Shown in pieces: positions 9,901 through 18,116 of a stretch of 64,000 bases of DNA (position 1 is its first letter; every line of letters starts with the position of its first letter). A program made the position numbers and the translations under genes. The stretch is taken from IMG/VR virus record IMGVR_UViG_3300022591_000002; one strand, 5' to 3'. The notes beneath the pieces are model-generated. The model saw nothing but the letters and a program-made list of their open reading frames with translations, was not told the origin of the DNA and made no database searches. This DNA is from a virus. Taxonomy: Duplodnaviria; Caudoviricetes.

Positions 9901-11760
9901 GATCCTATATATCAGGCCGCAACTAAACAGTATGTTGATTCAAGTGCGCAAATCAGTAAACTACGTGATGTAACACTAACAAGTCCAACTAACCAAGACC
10001 TGTTGATGTTTACAACACAGGCAGTACCACAAGTTAACCAACCTGTATCATTCTACAATACTGCTACTACTGTAGTCAACGTTTCAAACAACGGTGCTAC
10101 AATTACTAATACATCATCAGCAAATGGCGGTGGTAGTGATGTGTACTTGACAAGAACAGGCAATTCATTAACTATCAAACTACAAGGTGGTACTCTTGGT
10201 GGCGCTAATAACCCAATCACAGATTATCATGTAAACTCTGCGGCACAGATTCAGCAGAGCAAATTGTTAATGACTGTTGCTTCTGCTAGTGCAAGTAGCC
10301 CTACAGGAACACAACAACAGATACAGGCCAACTTAGGTTTGTCGCAATACAACAACAAGATATTCTCACTAACTAACGGTTGGGTAGATTTATTAACTGC
10401 ATCAAGTACAACTACTGGTGTTCCGGCAACAGCATTACGTTGGATCCCTGGATCAAGTACAGGTGGATTGTTAGGTAGTGTTGCTACAGGTAACGCAGAC
10501 GCGGCAGTGACAGCACTAAGTAGCTCAACTGTTCGTTCATGGTTAAACGTTGGTAGTTTGTCAGCAGGTGGTAACTTTACTGGTGCTGTAACATTTTCAG
10601 GTGGTGTAACTGTAAACACAGCTAGTATGGACGTACAGTCTACACTATACACACATAGCATTTTACCAGACGCAAACAACTCATACACTATAGGTGCAAA
10701 TGGCAACGTTTACTCTGCAATGTACGCAAGTACATTCTATGGAGCATTAAACGGTTCTGGTGCAAGCATTAGTGCTACTACTATTCCAAATAGCGCATTG
10801 GTTAATAATGCTATAACAATTTCAGCTGGCACTGGTATGACTGGTGGTGGTACACCGGCATTAGGTGGAAGTGTAACATTAACTAACAACGGTGTCGTTG
10901 GGCTAGCAAATGGCGGACATATTACTGCAACAGGAACAGCAGGCGGAACATTCACTTTAGGTTCAGATGCTACAAGTGCTAATACCGCTGGTGCGATTGT
11001 TGCTCGAGATGGTAGTAACAATTTTAGTGCTGGTACAATTACTGCTACACTTGCAGGAACTGCTAACAACATAAGAGATTATACAATTAATCAAAGTGTA
11101 GGTACTGGTGATGCTCCTACATTTGCAGGTATTACTAGTTCTGGTAACATCGAACTTACTAATACTACTGCAAACTATCTACGCATGAAAAATGGTAGTG
11201 GTGGTTATGTACAGTTCTTTGATAGCAAGGATCCGGATGGCGGCATTTACAACTATACCCTATCAATGGATGCTGGTTACTTTGGCTTCAACTTTGGAAC
11301 AAATAATAGTGCATACGAGGTTGGCGCCCTAGCTTCGTATATTTCATCAGACGGTGTATACCACGGAACTGCTACTGCGGCACGTTACGCTGACTTGGCA
11401 GAACGTTATACAAGCGATGAGCAGTACGAGCCTGGTACAGTACTAGTTTTTGGTGGTACTAAAGAAGTTACTGAAAGCACAACTGCTAACGATCGTAGAG
11501 TGGCAGGTGTTGTATCTACACAGCCTGCGCATATCATGAACGACGAGTTAGAAGGCGGTATTGCTCTAGCGTTAACTGGTCGTGTTCCATGTAAAGTTAT
11601 TGGCACAATCAAGAAAGGTGACTTAATGGTAACCAGCCATATACCAGGAGTAGCAATGGCAAACGATGATCCTAAGATGGGAACTGTTATAGGTAAAGCG
11701 TTAGAAGATTACGATAGTCCGGAAGTAGGAGTTATCGAAGTTGTTGTAGGACGTCTATAA
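3901..11760 (+). CDS. giant baseplate/tail-fibre protein (2619 aa) with gp9/10-like N-terminus and C-terminal intramolecular-chaperone (peptidase G2-like) domain
   Basis: INVGSQSNDGTGDSIRDAFQKVNDNF N-terminal motif; repeated TKxYVD and QMTG fibre motifs; G/T/S/N-rich beta-strand regions; C-terminal ARYADLAERY...GRVPCKV...KKGDL...IGKALE. Confidence 0.8.
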   Translation: MADIIKKHINVGSQSNDGTGDSIRDAFQKVNDNFDILYAANGLGNGLLFTSLQDAPTTLTSQKILVSDASGLTLTQMTVVGSQGIQITYDYTHGQLVVASTLTSLVSDPAPVIQAGANLDGGLTARAVQFADPKRDTDLVTKQWVEQNFLNRDGKFESDTGTAPSQSTATIVEGSTLRHNIVLAPNAIQTSTNVGKVISTINASGITATINLAYQAWKNEHVTRKDYVDTKISLQGISTIDSLTGEVNPGFGQMTGALQLFRDPIETDDPLTAATKNYVDSTGFPSKSNFFVALNGNDNRTDIPTFKRGRSWAWAFRTINKAAQAAEAYQNSSQIVLGPYVKTITTNNFTNPVQIIQITGSTIPKAVKLVVNYDGTGGTDPFINSSIYPGIYIIGVDTGATAEVLNVTNGGVGTEYYEVVPVDYSNGFPTSIVALGTTGTVRVNFTQQNLVGIPEFWTDYTFKLDDSVGGGQGTIIGSDVHYDATGNVYDQLIVRVTKPFGQSNVSIPQANWHVFAGDWSDTSNNTGGFSLSETLKYGQGYNRTEVSIKIESGEYDEDLPIRLADNVSIVGDEFRRSMVRPGKWPNTQRPLRTTSPYANLYFRRDTQVDGLIITEIDTSTNFASAVAITPDGITNSGLTGVINFTLNQSTANPSWVSKVFVGANGIGTVTAVNGSVFSVDIAENAQGIRTINSSTTISTGSWAIYAPINFGYHYLKDPTKPMNLLGWEPGGSLSNPGGYNVATQTLLANKEFIQEEVIRYIDATTSGTFVYNKPKYKRDVAYFVEGLAYDLQVGGVSRTINIPELYFNSSESIVYQQQLPQLTSAISYVGALAAQVMSNSTVTAYQSTVTQVFANVSLEPDAPTKVVEMVGTINTILNNSNPAYNPGKFNNELDIFLMNDATMIRYLAGQGHGGFMKVLDPYGQVKAKSPYTQTASSFSESTGRHRFAGGFFVDGYTGNMLLTPTAANATQNTAGDYVAIPVQGYALTLRTPLTPSFFVYNGIQYQVDYISDWNQTANANYGTATLNLDPNKPGGIQGVTLSGTLNNFKPNQAQIPVTISSPGTAGGLTARAYVTTDGSGTIQAMTITYPGIGYVRSTDPGYDPVANAITFVLGGATFNMTIVGGVIKTMTVANPGAGYTTNTSINIASPGSGTRATASITAVDSNGGIVSVNLSNGGTGYTSTPKVTFGNSNITYATVIKKGFIGTLPSSIEVVTAGNRSMLANDFTQINDYAYGIFATNGGFIENVSMFSYYCWTSYYALNGAQLRTITGSSAYGTYGLIAEGSDPTEIPIAISVPDELQQVITIYNQAPYSNLAGGTAIYAIVGGAISYVPRDESDLEINHGGARKTYRIKTATFVTTASGNYVYSLALDSSISSSGLYAAVPDGTTGIIRSKAQFRLSGVNAATLTRPSTVLSLNEDPVNVYRILSYTDQGNDVALAEADQSYDYMTIQPYQVNNQYRQGVTRPLISSAGSNYTGAISTLTFATPSPFTITAAVNGNQGTASAPVSTFLITGAGSTIHPGMTVSGTGVLPATYVTWCSSDLGTIAVNQLQYLTGGTTLTFTAVTATGYATIASGAVNGVVITDPGVGYNTAPAITAITPAGGTSATITVSLAGVAGSNYIKVIDVGAQSLARFQKSATAGTYSYRFGYDGKIYNINSYTPPSATVPWGELTVSTYSTGTGLASEITADPLYAGVSANTTGSITVRISTLRATSHDMVDVGTGGYATTKIPNDLYGPPLIAPNQAHEVIEKSKGRVYYVTTDQDGNFRVGKYFHVDQGRGTVTINAPISLSGVESLGFKKGVTVNEFSIDGNMAAESTSKVPTEQALVNYINSRLGISKTGAIWPTLIGAGFLPLSGSSSGGGLPQMTGAINMNGNFLYNLPAPTQPSYAANKAFADTKISLAGMNEVQNNGGQLAGQMTGPLELVGNPGTTTGVTTQLANSSNTILYVNTSTLYLGMQVNNSAASTGTYISSIGNGYITLSAGLIGSIPNGTTVTFDPIYQAATKQYVDSSAQISKLRDVTLTSPTNQDLLMFTTQAVPQVNQPVSFYNTATTVVNVSNNGATITNTSSANGGGSDVYLTRTGNSLTIKLQGGTLGGANNPITDYHVNSAAQIQQSKLLMTVASASASSPTGTQQQIQANLGLSQYNNKIFSLTNGWVDLLTASSTTTGVPATALRWIPGSSTGGLLGSVATGNADAAVTALSSSTVRSWLNVGSLSAGGNFTGAVTFSGGVTVNTASMDVQSTLYTHSILPDANNSYTIGANGNVYSAMYASTFYGALNGSGASISATTIPNSALVNNAITISAGTGMTGGGTPALGGSVTLTNNGVVGLANGGHITATGTAGGTFTLGSDATSANTAGAIVARDGSNNFSAGTITATLAGTANNIRDYTINQSVGTGDAPTFAGITSSGNIELTNTTANYLRMKNGSGGYVQFFDSKDPDGGIYNYTLSMDAGYFGFNFGTNNSAYEVGALASYISSDGVYHGTATAARYADLAERYTSDEQYEPGTVLVFGGTKEVTESTTANDRRVAGVVSTQPAHIMNDELEGGIALALTGRVPCKVIGTIKKGDLMVTSHIPGVAMANDDPKMGTVIGKALEDYDSPEVGVIEVVVGRL

Positions 11761-11761
11761 T

Positions 11762-14700
11762 ATGGCGGCTCCAGTTTGGTCAACCCCAGCGGGCTTCCTG
11801 GGGACATATACACAACAGATCCAGTTTGTCGCAACTGGATCTAATATCACTTTGCAACTGCAAACTGATGTTCCTGATTCTACGTTTTCAATTATAAGCG
11901 GTAGTCTTCCTGGCGGACTACACTTATACACTGGCAACGGAATCATTTATGGTACACCATTCTACACCAACCAAATTATAACTAGCGAGTTTGTTGTTCG
12001 TGCAACCAACAGCGAAGGTGTTGCTGACAGAACATTTAGTATAGATATTGAAGGACCAAGAGATCCAATATGGGTTACAGACAACGGTCTACTGCCTGTT
12101 GGTCCTAATCTAGAACTATACGCACTAAACAGAGAACGTGTTCATCTTCAACTAAACGCCACTACACCAAAATTGCCTAACGGCCAATCAATACGTTACT
12201 ATCTTAAACCAAATGCAGGAAGACTGCCTCCGGGGGTAACACTTAATCAACAGGGTCTGCTATCTGGCATTGTTCAGGACATATTACAATTAGATTACCT
12301 TGCCAATATACAAGGCGGATATGACGAAGAGTTTTATGATTCAGCACCATATGACCACGTGGTTATTATCCGTGATACAAAACTAGGTCGTCCAGAATCT
12401 ATTGCAAAAGTTTATCAATTTGTTGTCGTTGCAACAGACGGAGTTTCTAGTGCTGAACGATCTTTCTTATTACGAGTTGAAGATCCAAATGCTTTTAGAG
12501 CAGACAACGTAGAACTAAGTGACCGGACTGTTCCAGTAACTGGTACTGCTGGTTCTAATACCCTGCACATAACAGGTACTGATAAGAGTAAGATGCCGCC
12601 TGTTGGTTCTTTAATATTTGGCCCTGGAATTCCAGAAGCATTGTATGGTGTTCAACCTACCAAAGTTAAAAGTATTGATTTTACAGCCTTCACATTTGTT
12701 ATTACCAACAACCTAACTGATAATGTTGCAGGCAGTTTATTCTTTAGAGCTCCACTTCTAAACGACAGCATTGGCGTTAATTCTGCGTTAACACTAGACA
12801 GTGATATATTCCGAGCCGACGTTGGTTTCTTAGTGCCACCAGAATGGGTTGACAGTAACGGGGTGGTGTTGCCAGCAGTTGCAAACTTAGGTAGCTACAG
12901 ATCTAACAACTATCAAATCATTCCTCTAACAACTTATGATGCGTATCCTTATGAAGGACCTGTAACTTATGATTGGTTAGCACGTACTTTCAATCCTGAA
13001 GTACGCATGATCACAGACAGCGCATACAACGCGGCTGGTTTACCTACGGCTAACTTACTTGGCTTATCTCAGATCTATGTTAAATCTGCAACAAGTGTAC
13101 CTCAAGTAGGAATGCAATTAAAACTAGATGGTTATGTGCCAAAAGCGGATAACAAGATCTATACCATTGCAGGTGTGACAGCCAACGGCAATGGTTACAT
13201 ATTGGACTTGGGTATTACTACAAAATACATTAGCAATTTACAAGACAATACAACAACTCCTCCAGAAGGTTATAATACCAAATTTAATTTACCGCCAACA
13301 GTAACAACTGCCGCAGTAGGAACCGCTGGCAAAACAGAATTAGCCGTTAGCAATATTTTTGCGGTAGCCGCTGGTATGACTGTTACTGGCCCTGGCGTTC
13401 AAAACTTTACACAGATTAAGAGTATCAACACTTCTCGCAGAACAGTAGAACTTACTGTTCCATTAATTACCAACATCAATAGTACTTTGACATTTGGTCC
13501 TGCGCTAGGAGATACTTACTATTATTACAATACAATCACAAGTACTACACACTATGTTGTTCGTACTGACAGTGGCTGGGTAGACTACGGAACTAACCCA
13601 GGCTATATTGTATCTGGTGCTGGAATTATTAAACTAAGCACCAACATACTAGACACTACAAACATATTCTGCGGTAGCAAGGCTGTACATCCACCAGGAT
13701 TGGAATTAGATACTGCAACAGCAGAACTATACGGTGTACTGCCATATCAACCTAGCTATAGTGAAAGTTATAAGTTTACTGTTCGTGTTATTAAACAAGA
13801 CTATGCTACTGGTGATACAGCATTCAAAGATCAAATGTTTAGTCTTACCCTCCAAGGTGACGTACAGACTAGAATTGAATTTGTATCTACCGGTTCTATC
13901 GGTGTACTAGTACCAGGTATTCCATCAGAGCTACAGGTTGTTGCAAAACATACAGACAGCAGTACGTTGAGTATCAACTATATTAAGACAAGTGGCAAAC
14001 TACCAAACGGTATTACACTACAACGTGACGGAACACTAGTAGGTAAAGTTCCGTATGGTAACTTATTCTCCATTGACTTTAACACAGTTGGATTTGATAA
14101 GTTTAAACTAGATCAGGGCACTACAACATTTGATAAGAAATTTACGTTTGACGTAACTGCTAATGACGTGTACTTGATGTCTAGTGTTACTAAACCGTTT
14201 AGTGTTACTATCGATGAATACACCCCAATTGCCTACACTGGCATCTATCTAAAACCATTAATGGCTGTATCAAGCAGACAATATTTTAGAAGCCTAGTAC
14301 AAGACTTTAATATCTTTAGTAGCGATCTACTGTATCGTCCAGATGATCCTGCATTCGGTGTACAAAACTCAGTCAAGATGTATCTAGAGTACGGCCTGCA
14401 AGAGCTTAACTTAGACTACTATATGCCTGCTCTAGTTAACTACTTCAAGCGTAAACGTTTTTACTTTGGTGATCTAAAGATAGCTACTGCAAAAGACGAT
14501 CTCGGTAATTCAATCTACGATGTAGTATACGTGGACATTATAGACGACCAAATGATTGGCAGTATTAATCCGGATGCTAGTTTTACAGAATCTTCAAACG
14601 GTACTGTAATGACGTTCTATCCAGACTCTGTTGGCAATATGCAAACAGCGTTAGAAAACATTCCGAACTCTCAAAACATTGGGGGCATCATCAGCGTTGA

Positions 14701-15073
14701 CAATAGCTTCCGTCCAAGATTTATGAAGACTATCCAAAGTGCTACAGGTACTCCGCTAGGATTTGTAAAAGCAGTTATTCTATGCTATGCCCTACCTGGT
14801 AAAGGTGCAGACATTATTAGTCGCATAAAAACCACAAGTTTTGACTTTAAGAAACTAGACTTCGACGTTGATAGATTGTATGTCGAGCAGAGCTTAACAA
14901 GTACGTCTACTTCATATCTATTGTTTGGTACAGGCGCAAGCTCGTCTGGATTTAACATTATTACAGATGACGGCATCCTTGATCCTGCAAATCCTGAGTA
15001 CAACGCACAGTATATCCAATTTATTGCTGGTCAAGATATCTTATCTGAAGACGGCTCAGTTTTAACCATATAA
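11762..15073 (+). CDS. large structural (baseplate-associated) protein with putative Ig-like repeats
   Basis: Repeated LPxGxxL...GxxxG (He_PIG-like) units; lies in the late structural operon. Confidence 0.65.
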   Translation: MAAPVWSTPAGFLGTYTQQIQFVATGSNITLQLQTDVPDSTFSIISGSLPGGLHLYTGNGIIYGTPFYTNQIITSEFVVRATNSEGVADRTFSIDIEGPRDPIWVTDNGLLPVGPNLELYALNRERVHLQLNATTPKLPNGQSIRYYLKPNAGRLPPGVTLNQQGLLSGIVQDILQLDYLANIQGGYDEEFYDSAPYDHVVIIRDTKLGRPESIAKVYQFVVVATDGVSSAERSFLLRVEDPNAFRADNVELSDRTVPVTGTAGSNTLHITGTDKSKMPPVGSLIFGPGIPEALYGVQPTKVKSIDFTAFTFVITNNLTDNVAGSLFFRAPLLNDSIGVNSALTLDSDIFRADVGFLVPPEWVDSNGVVLPAVANLGSYRSNNYQIIPLTTYDAYPYEGPVTYDWLARTFNPEVRMITDSAYNAAGLPTANLLGLSQIYVKSATSVPQVGMQLKLDGYVPKADNKIYTIAGVTANGNGYILDLGITTKYISNLQDNTTTPPEGYNTKFNLPPTVTTAAVGTAGKTELAVSNIFAVAAGMTVTGPGVQNFTQIKSINTSRRTVELTVPLITNINSTLTFGPALGDTYYYYNTITSTTHYVVRTDSGWVDYGTNPGYIVSGAGIIKLSTNILDTTNIFCGSKAVHPPGLELDTATAELYGVLPYQPSYSESYKFTVRVIKQDYATGDTAFKDQMFSLTLQGDVQTRIEFVSTGSIGVLVPGIPSELQVVAKHTDSSTLSINYIKTSGKLPNGITLQRDGTLVGKVPYGNLFSIDFNTVGFDKFKLDQGTTTFDKKFTFDVTANDVYLMSSVTKPFSVTIDEYTPIAYTGIYLKPLMAVSSRQYFRSLVQDFNIFSSDLLYRPDDPAFGVQNSVKMYLEYGLQELNLDYYMPALVNYFKRKRFYFGDLKIATAKDDLGNSIYDVVYVDIIDDQMIGSINPDASFTESSNGTVMTFYPDSVGNMQTALENIPNSQNIGGIISVDNSFRPRFMKTIQSATGTPLGFVKAVILCYALPGKGADIISRIKTTSFDFKKLDFDVDRLYVEQSLTSTSTSYLLFGTGASSSGFNIITDDGILDPANPEYNAQYIQFIAGQDILSEDGSVLTI

Positions 15074-15076
15074 ATA
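15069..15076 (+). promoter_or_regulatory. T4-type late promoter TATAAATA
   Basis: Exact motif 16 nt upstream of ATG 15093. Confidence 0.65.
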
Positions 15077-15092
15077 CTTCAAAGAGAACACG

Positions 15093-15701
15093 ATGAGTAC
15101 TATTACTAATACAAGCAACTTAATTAACATTGATTTTCCTATCGCAGGACAGGATAACGACTCTGCTGGATTTAGAGATAACTATAATCTTATCCAAGAG
15201 AGCTTTACCACAGCGTCTGAAGAAATCAGCGACCTACAGGGAAAAGCCTTATTAGTAACTCCCCTAATTGGAACTACTAGTACTAACAATGACTTTGCTG
15301 GCGCAGTTATTAAAAACGTAGTAACACAAGGTGGTGGTGTTCAAACAGTAAACCACTTGTTACGTGCAGTCGGTGGCGCAGTAACTATTGACTACTCTGC
15401 TGGTACATATCACAAGTATTCTGTTAGTTCTGCTACAACATTTACAATTAGTTGGCCAACTAACAGCCTTAACGTGCTTAACAAGTTAACACTCGAATTG
15501 TCAAAAGACAGTACACTAACTTCAGTAAATGTAACATTTGCAACACCAGTCGGTGGCTCAATTAAAACAGATAGCAACGTAGGGGTATCATTGCCGTTGA
15601 GTATTTCACAGTCAGCACCTGCAATTTCTCTATACGAAATCTTTACAACAGACGGCGGCTTTACCAGCTACCTAAGATACCTAGGAGGTCCGTTCACATA
15701 A
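15093..15701 (+). CDS. structural protein, paralog of 15945..16886 (N-terminus)
   Basis: IDFPIAGQDNDSAGFRDNY motif shared with the downstream gene. Confidence 0.6.
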   Translation: MSTITNTSNLINIDFPIAGQDNDSAGFRDNYNLIQESFTTASEEISDLQGKALLVTPLIGTTSTNNDFAGAVIKNVVTQGGGVQTVNHLLRAVGGAVTIDYSAGTYHKYSVSSATTFTISWPTNSLNVLNKLTLELSKDSTLTSVNVTFATPVGGSIKTDSNVGVSLPLSISQSAPAISLYEIFTTDGGFTSYLRYLGGPFT

Positions 15702-15940
15702 TGTTCCATCCACTACTTGAAGATCTAACACAATTAAAAGATCAAGACTTAGAAAATAAAATTGCCGACCTAAGCAAGAAATATTTTCAAGCTCTTAAAT
15801 TTGGACAAGGTGCGGCCGCACATCAAATTACTATGATCTTGGACAGCATCAATGCAGAGAAACAGCGTAGACAAGTAGAAGCCGCACAGAAGAACAAAGA
15901 GCAGACTCAGCAGTTCAACGATCTAATTAAAATAAGTTAA
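15701..15940 (+). CDS. hypothetical coiled-coil protein
   Basis: 79-aa ORF with TAATG coupling; helical, charged composition. Confidence 0.6.
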   Translation: MFHPLLEDLTQLKDQDLENKIADLSKKYFQALKFGQGAAAHQITMILDSINAEKQRRQVEAAQKNKEQTQQFNDLIKIS

Positions 15941-15944
15941 AATC

Positions 15945-16886
15945 ATGTCATCAACTATATCAAATTTCACATCAATTCTAGACGTTACATTTCCAATTCC
16001 GGGAGTAGATAACGATACACAGGGGTTTAGAGACAACTACGCAATTATCGCAGGTGGATTGTCTGCACTTGGTAATGAAGTAACTGACCTACAAGCCTCT
16101 ACTAGTACGCTTCTGTCGTTGATCAACACATTAACAAACAGTATTTCCAACCCCAATAGTATAACTGTTAATACAACTGTAACTACCGTTGATTTGGAAA
16201 CTGTGTCGATTACTGCAAATTCGATTAATGTCAGAACGGTGTCCTCTACTGCAACAATAACTGCTAATAAATTTGCAGGGGATGGTAGCTTATTAACAAA
16301 TATTACTCTTAGCAGTAGTACTTTTAATACATTACGAGCCAATTCTATTACATTGCTTGGACAACAAAACGTATTATTAACTTCTACAAATAATACCTTA
16401 TTGATACTTGGAACTACATCGTTAACCCTAGAGGGATTTAGTACAACTTCAACAGGAGTGACTGGGTTCTTAGACAATTTATATGATGCTCCACATACTA
16501 TTATGTTTGTAACCACTACATCTAATATTGTGCCTGGATCAACTTTTTACTTTCCGGGCGGATCAACTAAGCATACTGTATTAGGTGTAGAATCTAATGT
16601 TAGTATCTGGCCAACTTTGCCGGCAAATACAGGTGGCGCATTGTTTGTCGATGCTCCGAGCACGGAATATCCGCAAGCACCTACTACTATTACCTTCAAG
16701 ACAGGTAAATTAATGAATGTAGTTGATTATGCTAAATCAGCTCCTCAAAGCAGTAAAGGTGCGCCCGGTGATAAAAAGGGACTAATTTTTTGCGATGGAA
16801 GTTATGTATATGTGTGCTACCAAACTTATACAAATGGTGTTTTAGATATTTGGTCACGAGTCGCAACTTCAGGTACAACTTGGTAA
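15945..16886 (+). CDS. structural/tail protein
   Basis: VTFPIPGVDNDTQGFRDNY N-terminus, Thr/Ser-rich body, C-terminal SSKGAPGDKKGLIFCDGSYVYVC..W.R motif typical of fibre-like proteins. Confidence 0.6.
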   Translation: MSSTISNFTSILDVTFPIPGVDNDTQGFRDNYAIIAGGLSALGNEVTDLQASTSTLLSLINTLTNSISNPNSITVNTTVTTVDLETVSITANSINVRTVSSTATITANKFAGDGSLLTNITLSSSTFNTLRANSITLLGQQNVLLTSTNNTLLILGTTSLTLEGFSTTSTGVTGFLDNLYDAPHTIMFVTTTSNIVPGSTFYFPGGSTKHTVLGVESNVSIWPTLPANTGGALFVDAPSTEYPQAPTTITFKTGKLMNVVDYAKSAPQSSKGAPGDKKGLIFCDGSYVYVCYQTYTNGVLDIWSRVATSGTTW

Positions 16887-16889
16887 AGG

Positions 16890-16918
16890 TTGACCTTACT
16901 CAAACAATCTAGTATAAT
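16890..16918 (+). promoter_or_regulatory. sigma70-type early promoter
   Basis: TTGACC-17nt-TATAAT. Confidence 0.75.
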
Positions 16919-16924
16919 GTGAGT

Positions 16925-17452
16925 ATGAAGCTCACAGAATTCGGCGAAGTAATTTTAAACAAACAGGATATATTCGAAGGACTATATTCTGGTAAAATTA
17001 CGAGCTTGGAAAATCTAAACATAGACGATCCAGAGCTAGTTGCAGAATTCAACAAATCCCGCACACAAAACGCAGATCCTGTTCCAAATCTTCAAGAGTA
17101 TAAACCTTGGATATTGAGTCAACGTGAGTTTGACGAAGCTAACCAAGAGAAGTGGTTTATGCCTAAGGAATATGAAGACTTTGAAATTGAACTGTTTTTG
17201 TTAGAGAAGTGCAAAACTACTGAAGAATATGAACGTGTAGCACAGGAAATCGACTTGTTTTATCAACATAATATGGTCGACCTCCTTAGATACCTTAAAT
17301 ACTTAGTAGACACAATGCGCTCAAACGATATTGTGTGGGGTGTGGGCCGAGGTTCAAGCGTTGCTAGTTATTGCTTGTATCTTTTAGGAGTCCACAAGAT
17401 CGATAGTATTAAATACAAACTCGATATACACGAATTTTTAAAGGAGTCCTAA
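16925..17452 (+). CDS. dnaE: DNA polymerase III alpha (DnaE)-like fragment, ending before the catalytic Asp motif
   Basis: DNDIVWGVGRGSSVASYCLYLLGVHKIDSIKY..EFLK matches the DnaE GRGS region; ATG 16925 preferred over GTG 16919. Confidence 0.75.
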   Translation: MKLTEFGEVILNKQDIFEGLYSGKITSLENLNIDDPELVAEFNKSRTQNADPVPNLQEYKPWILSQREFDEANQEKWFMPKEYEDFEIELFLLEKCKTTEEYERVAQEIDLFYQHNMVDLLRYLKYLVDTMRSNDIVWGVGRGSSVASYCLYLLGVHKIDSIKYKLDIHEFLKES

Positions 17453-17453
17453 A

Positions 17454-17642
17454 ATGGGCAAGTACAGAACAATGCAAGGCAAAGAAGTAGATATGGATAA
17501 GCTAATGCTTAAGAACGAAATGATGCCGGCAGTCGGAAACGTTAAGATGAATGCTCGCGGGGACGAATTAGGTCCAGGCGGTAAAGTAATCAAGACACGT
17601 GAAGAAATCATGGCAGAAAAATATAAAAACCAGAATCGATAA
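17454..17642 (+). CDS. hypothetical protein
   Basis: 62-aa ORF with AGGAG RBS; GNVKMNARGDELGPGG motif. Confidence 0.65.
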   Translation: MGKYRTMQGKEVDMDKLMLKNEMMPAVGNVKMNARGDELGPGGKVIKTREEIMAEKYKNQNR

Positions 17643-17651
17643 GAGGCGAAA

Positions 17652-18056
17652 TTGTTTAACAAATCAGGATCTATTACAAAAGTAAAAGGTGAGTTCCGAG
17701 CACTACACGACAAGGTGTTTGTAACTGACATGGAATTTGGAGCAGAAGTAACAGAGGGCGGTATTGTAATGCCTAGCTCTAATGGTAAGAGTGAAGGTAT
17801 CCACCCACGTTGGGGTCGTGTATGGGCTGTTGGTCCAGACCAAAAGGATATCAAGATTGGCGAATGGATCTTAATCGAACACAGTCGTTGGACTCGTACT
17901 ATTCATCATGAAGATAATGATGGTAATCTTACTGAATTCCGTATGGTAGAACTAGATTCTATTATTGTATCGTCTGATGAAAAACCATCTGATGTTATGC
18001 GTAGTATCAAAGTTGGTGCTGGTTCAAACGTAAACTTTAACATCCCAGGCGCATAA
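17652..18056 (+). CDS. groES: co-chaperonin GroES/Cpn10-like
   Basis: ALHDKVFV, TEGGIVMP mobile loop, GRVWAVGP, IKIGE; TTG start with GAGG RBS. Confidence 0.8.
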   Translation: MFNKSGSITKVKGEFRALHDKVFVTDMEFGAEVTEGGIVMPSSNGKSEGIHPRWGRVWAVGPDQKDIKIGEWILIEHSRWTRTIHHEDNDGNLTEFRMVELDSIIVSSDEKPSDVMRSIKVGAGSNVNFNIPGA

Positions 18057-18071
18057 ACGAGCGTCTAATCT

Positions 18072-18102
18072 AAAATAGGGTCTTGACAGGCCCTATTTTT
18101 TT
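18072..18102 (+). terminator. intrinsic terminator whose loop is the -35 hexamer of the next promoter
   Basis: Stem AAAATAGGGTC/GGCCCTATTTT, loop TTGACA, poly-T. Confidence 0.7.
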
Positions 18103-18111
18103 CTATATAAT
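18083..18111 (+). promoter_or_regulatory. sigma70-type early promoter
   Basis: TTGACA-17nt-TATAAT perfect consensus. Confidence 0.85.
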
Positions 18112-18116
18112 AAAGT

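Noticed and set aside
4182-16516. Minus-strand ORFs inside the structural genes (e.g. 10251..10706, 16037..16516)
   Set aside because: Typical antisense open frames caused by codon bias; no RBS, promoter or recognisable motifs.
17290-17420. Additional TAAATA words inside coding regions as late promoters
   Set aside because: The hexamer is expected often by chance in AT-rich DNA; only copies positioned just upstream of plausible late genes were listed.
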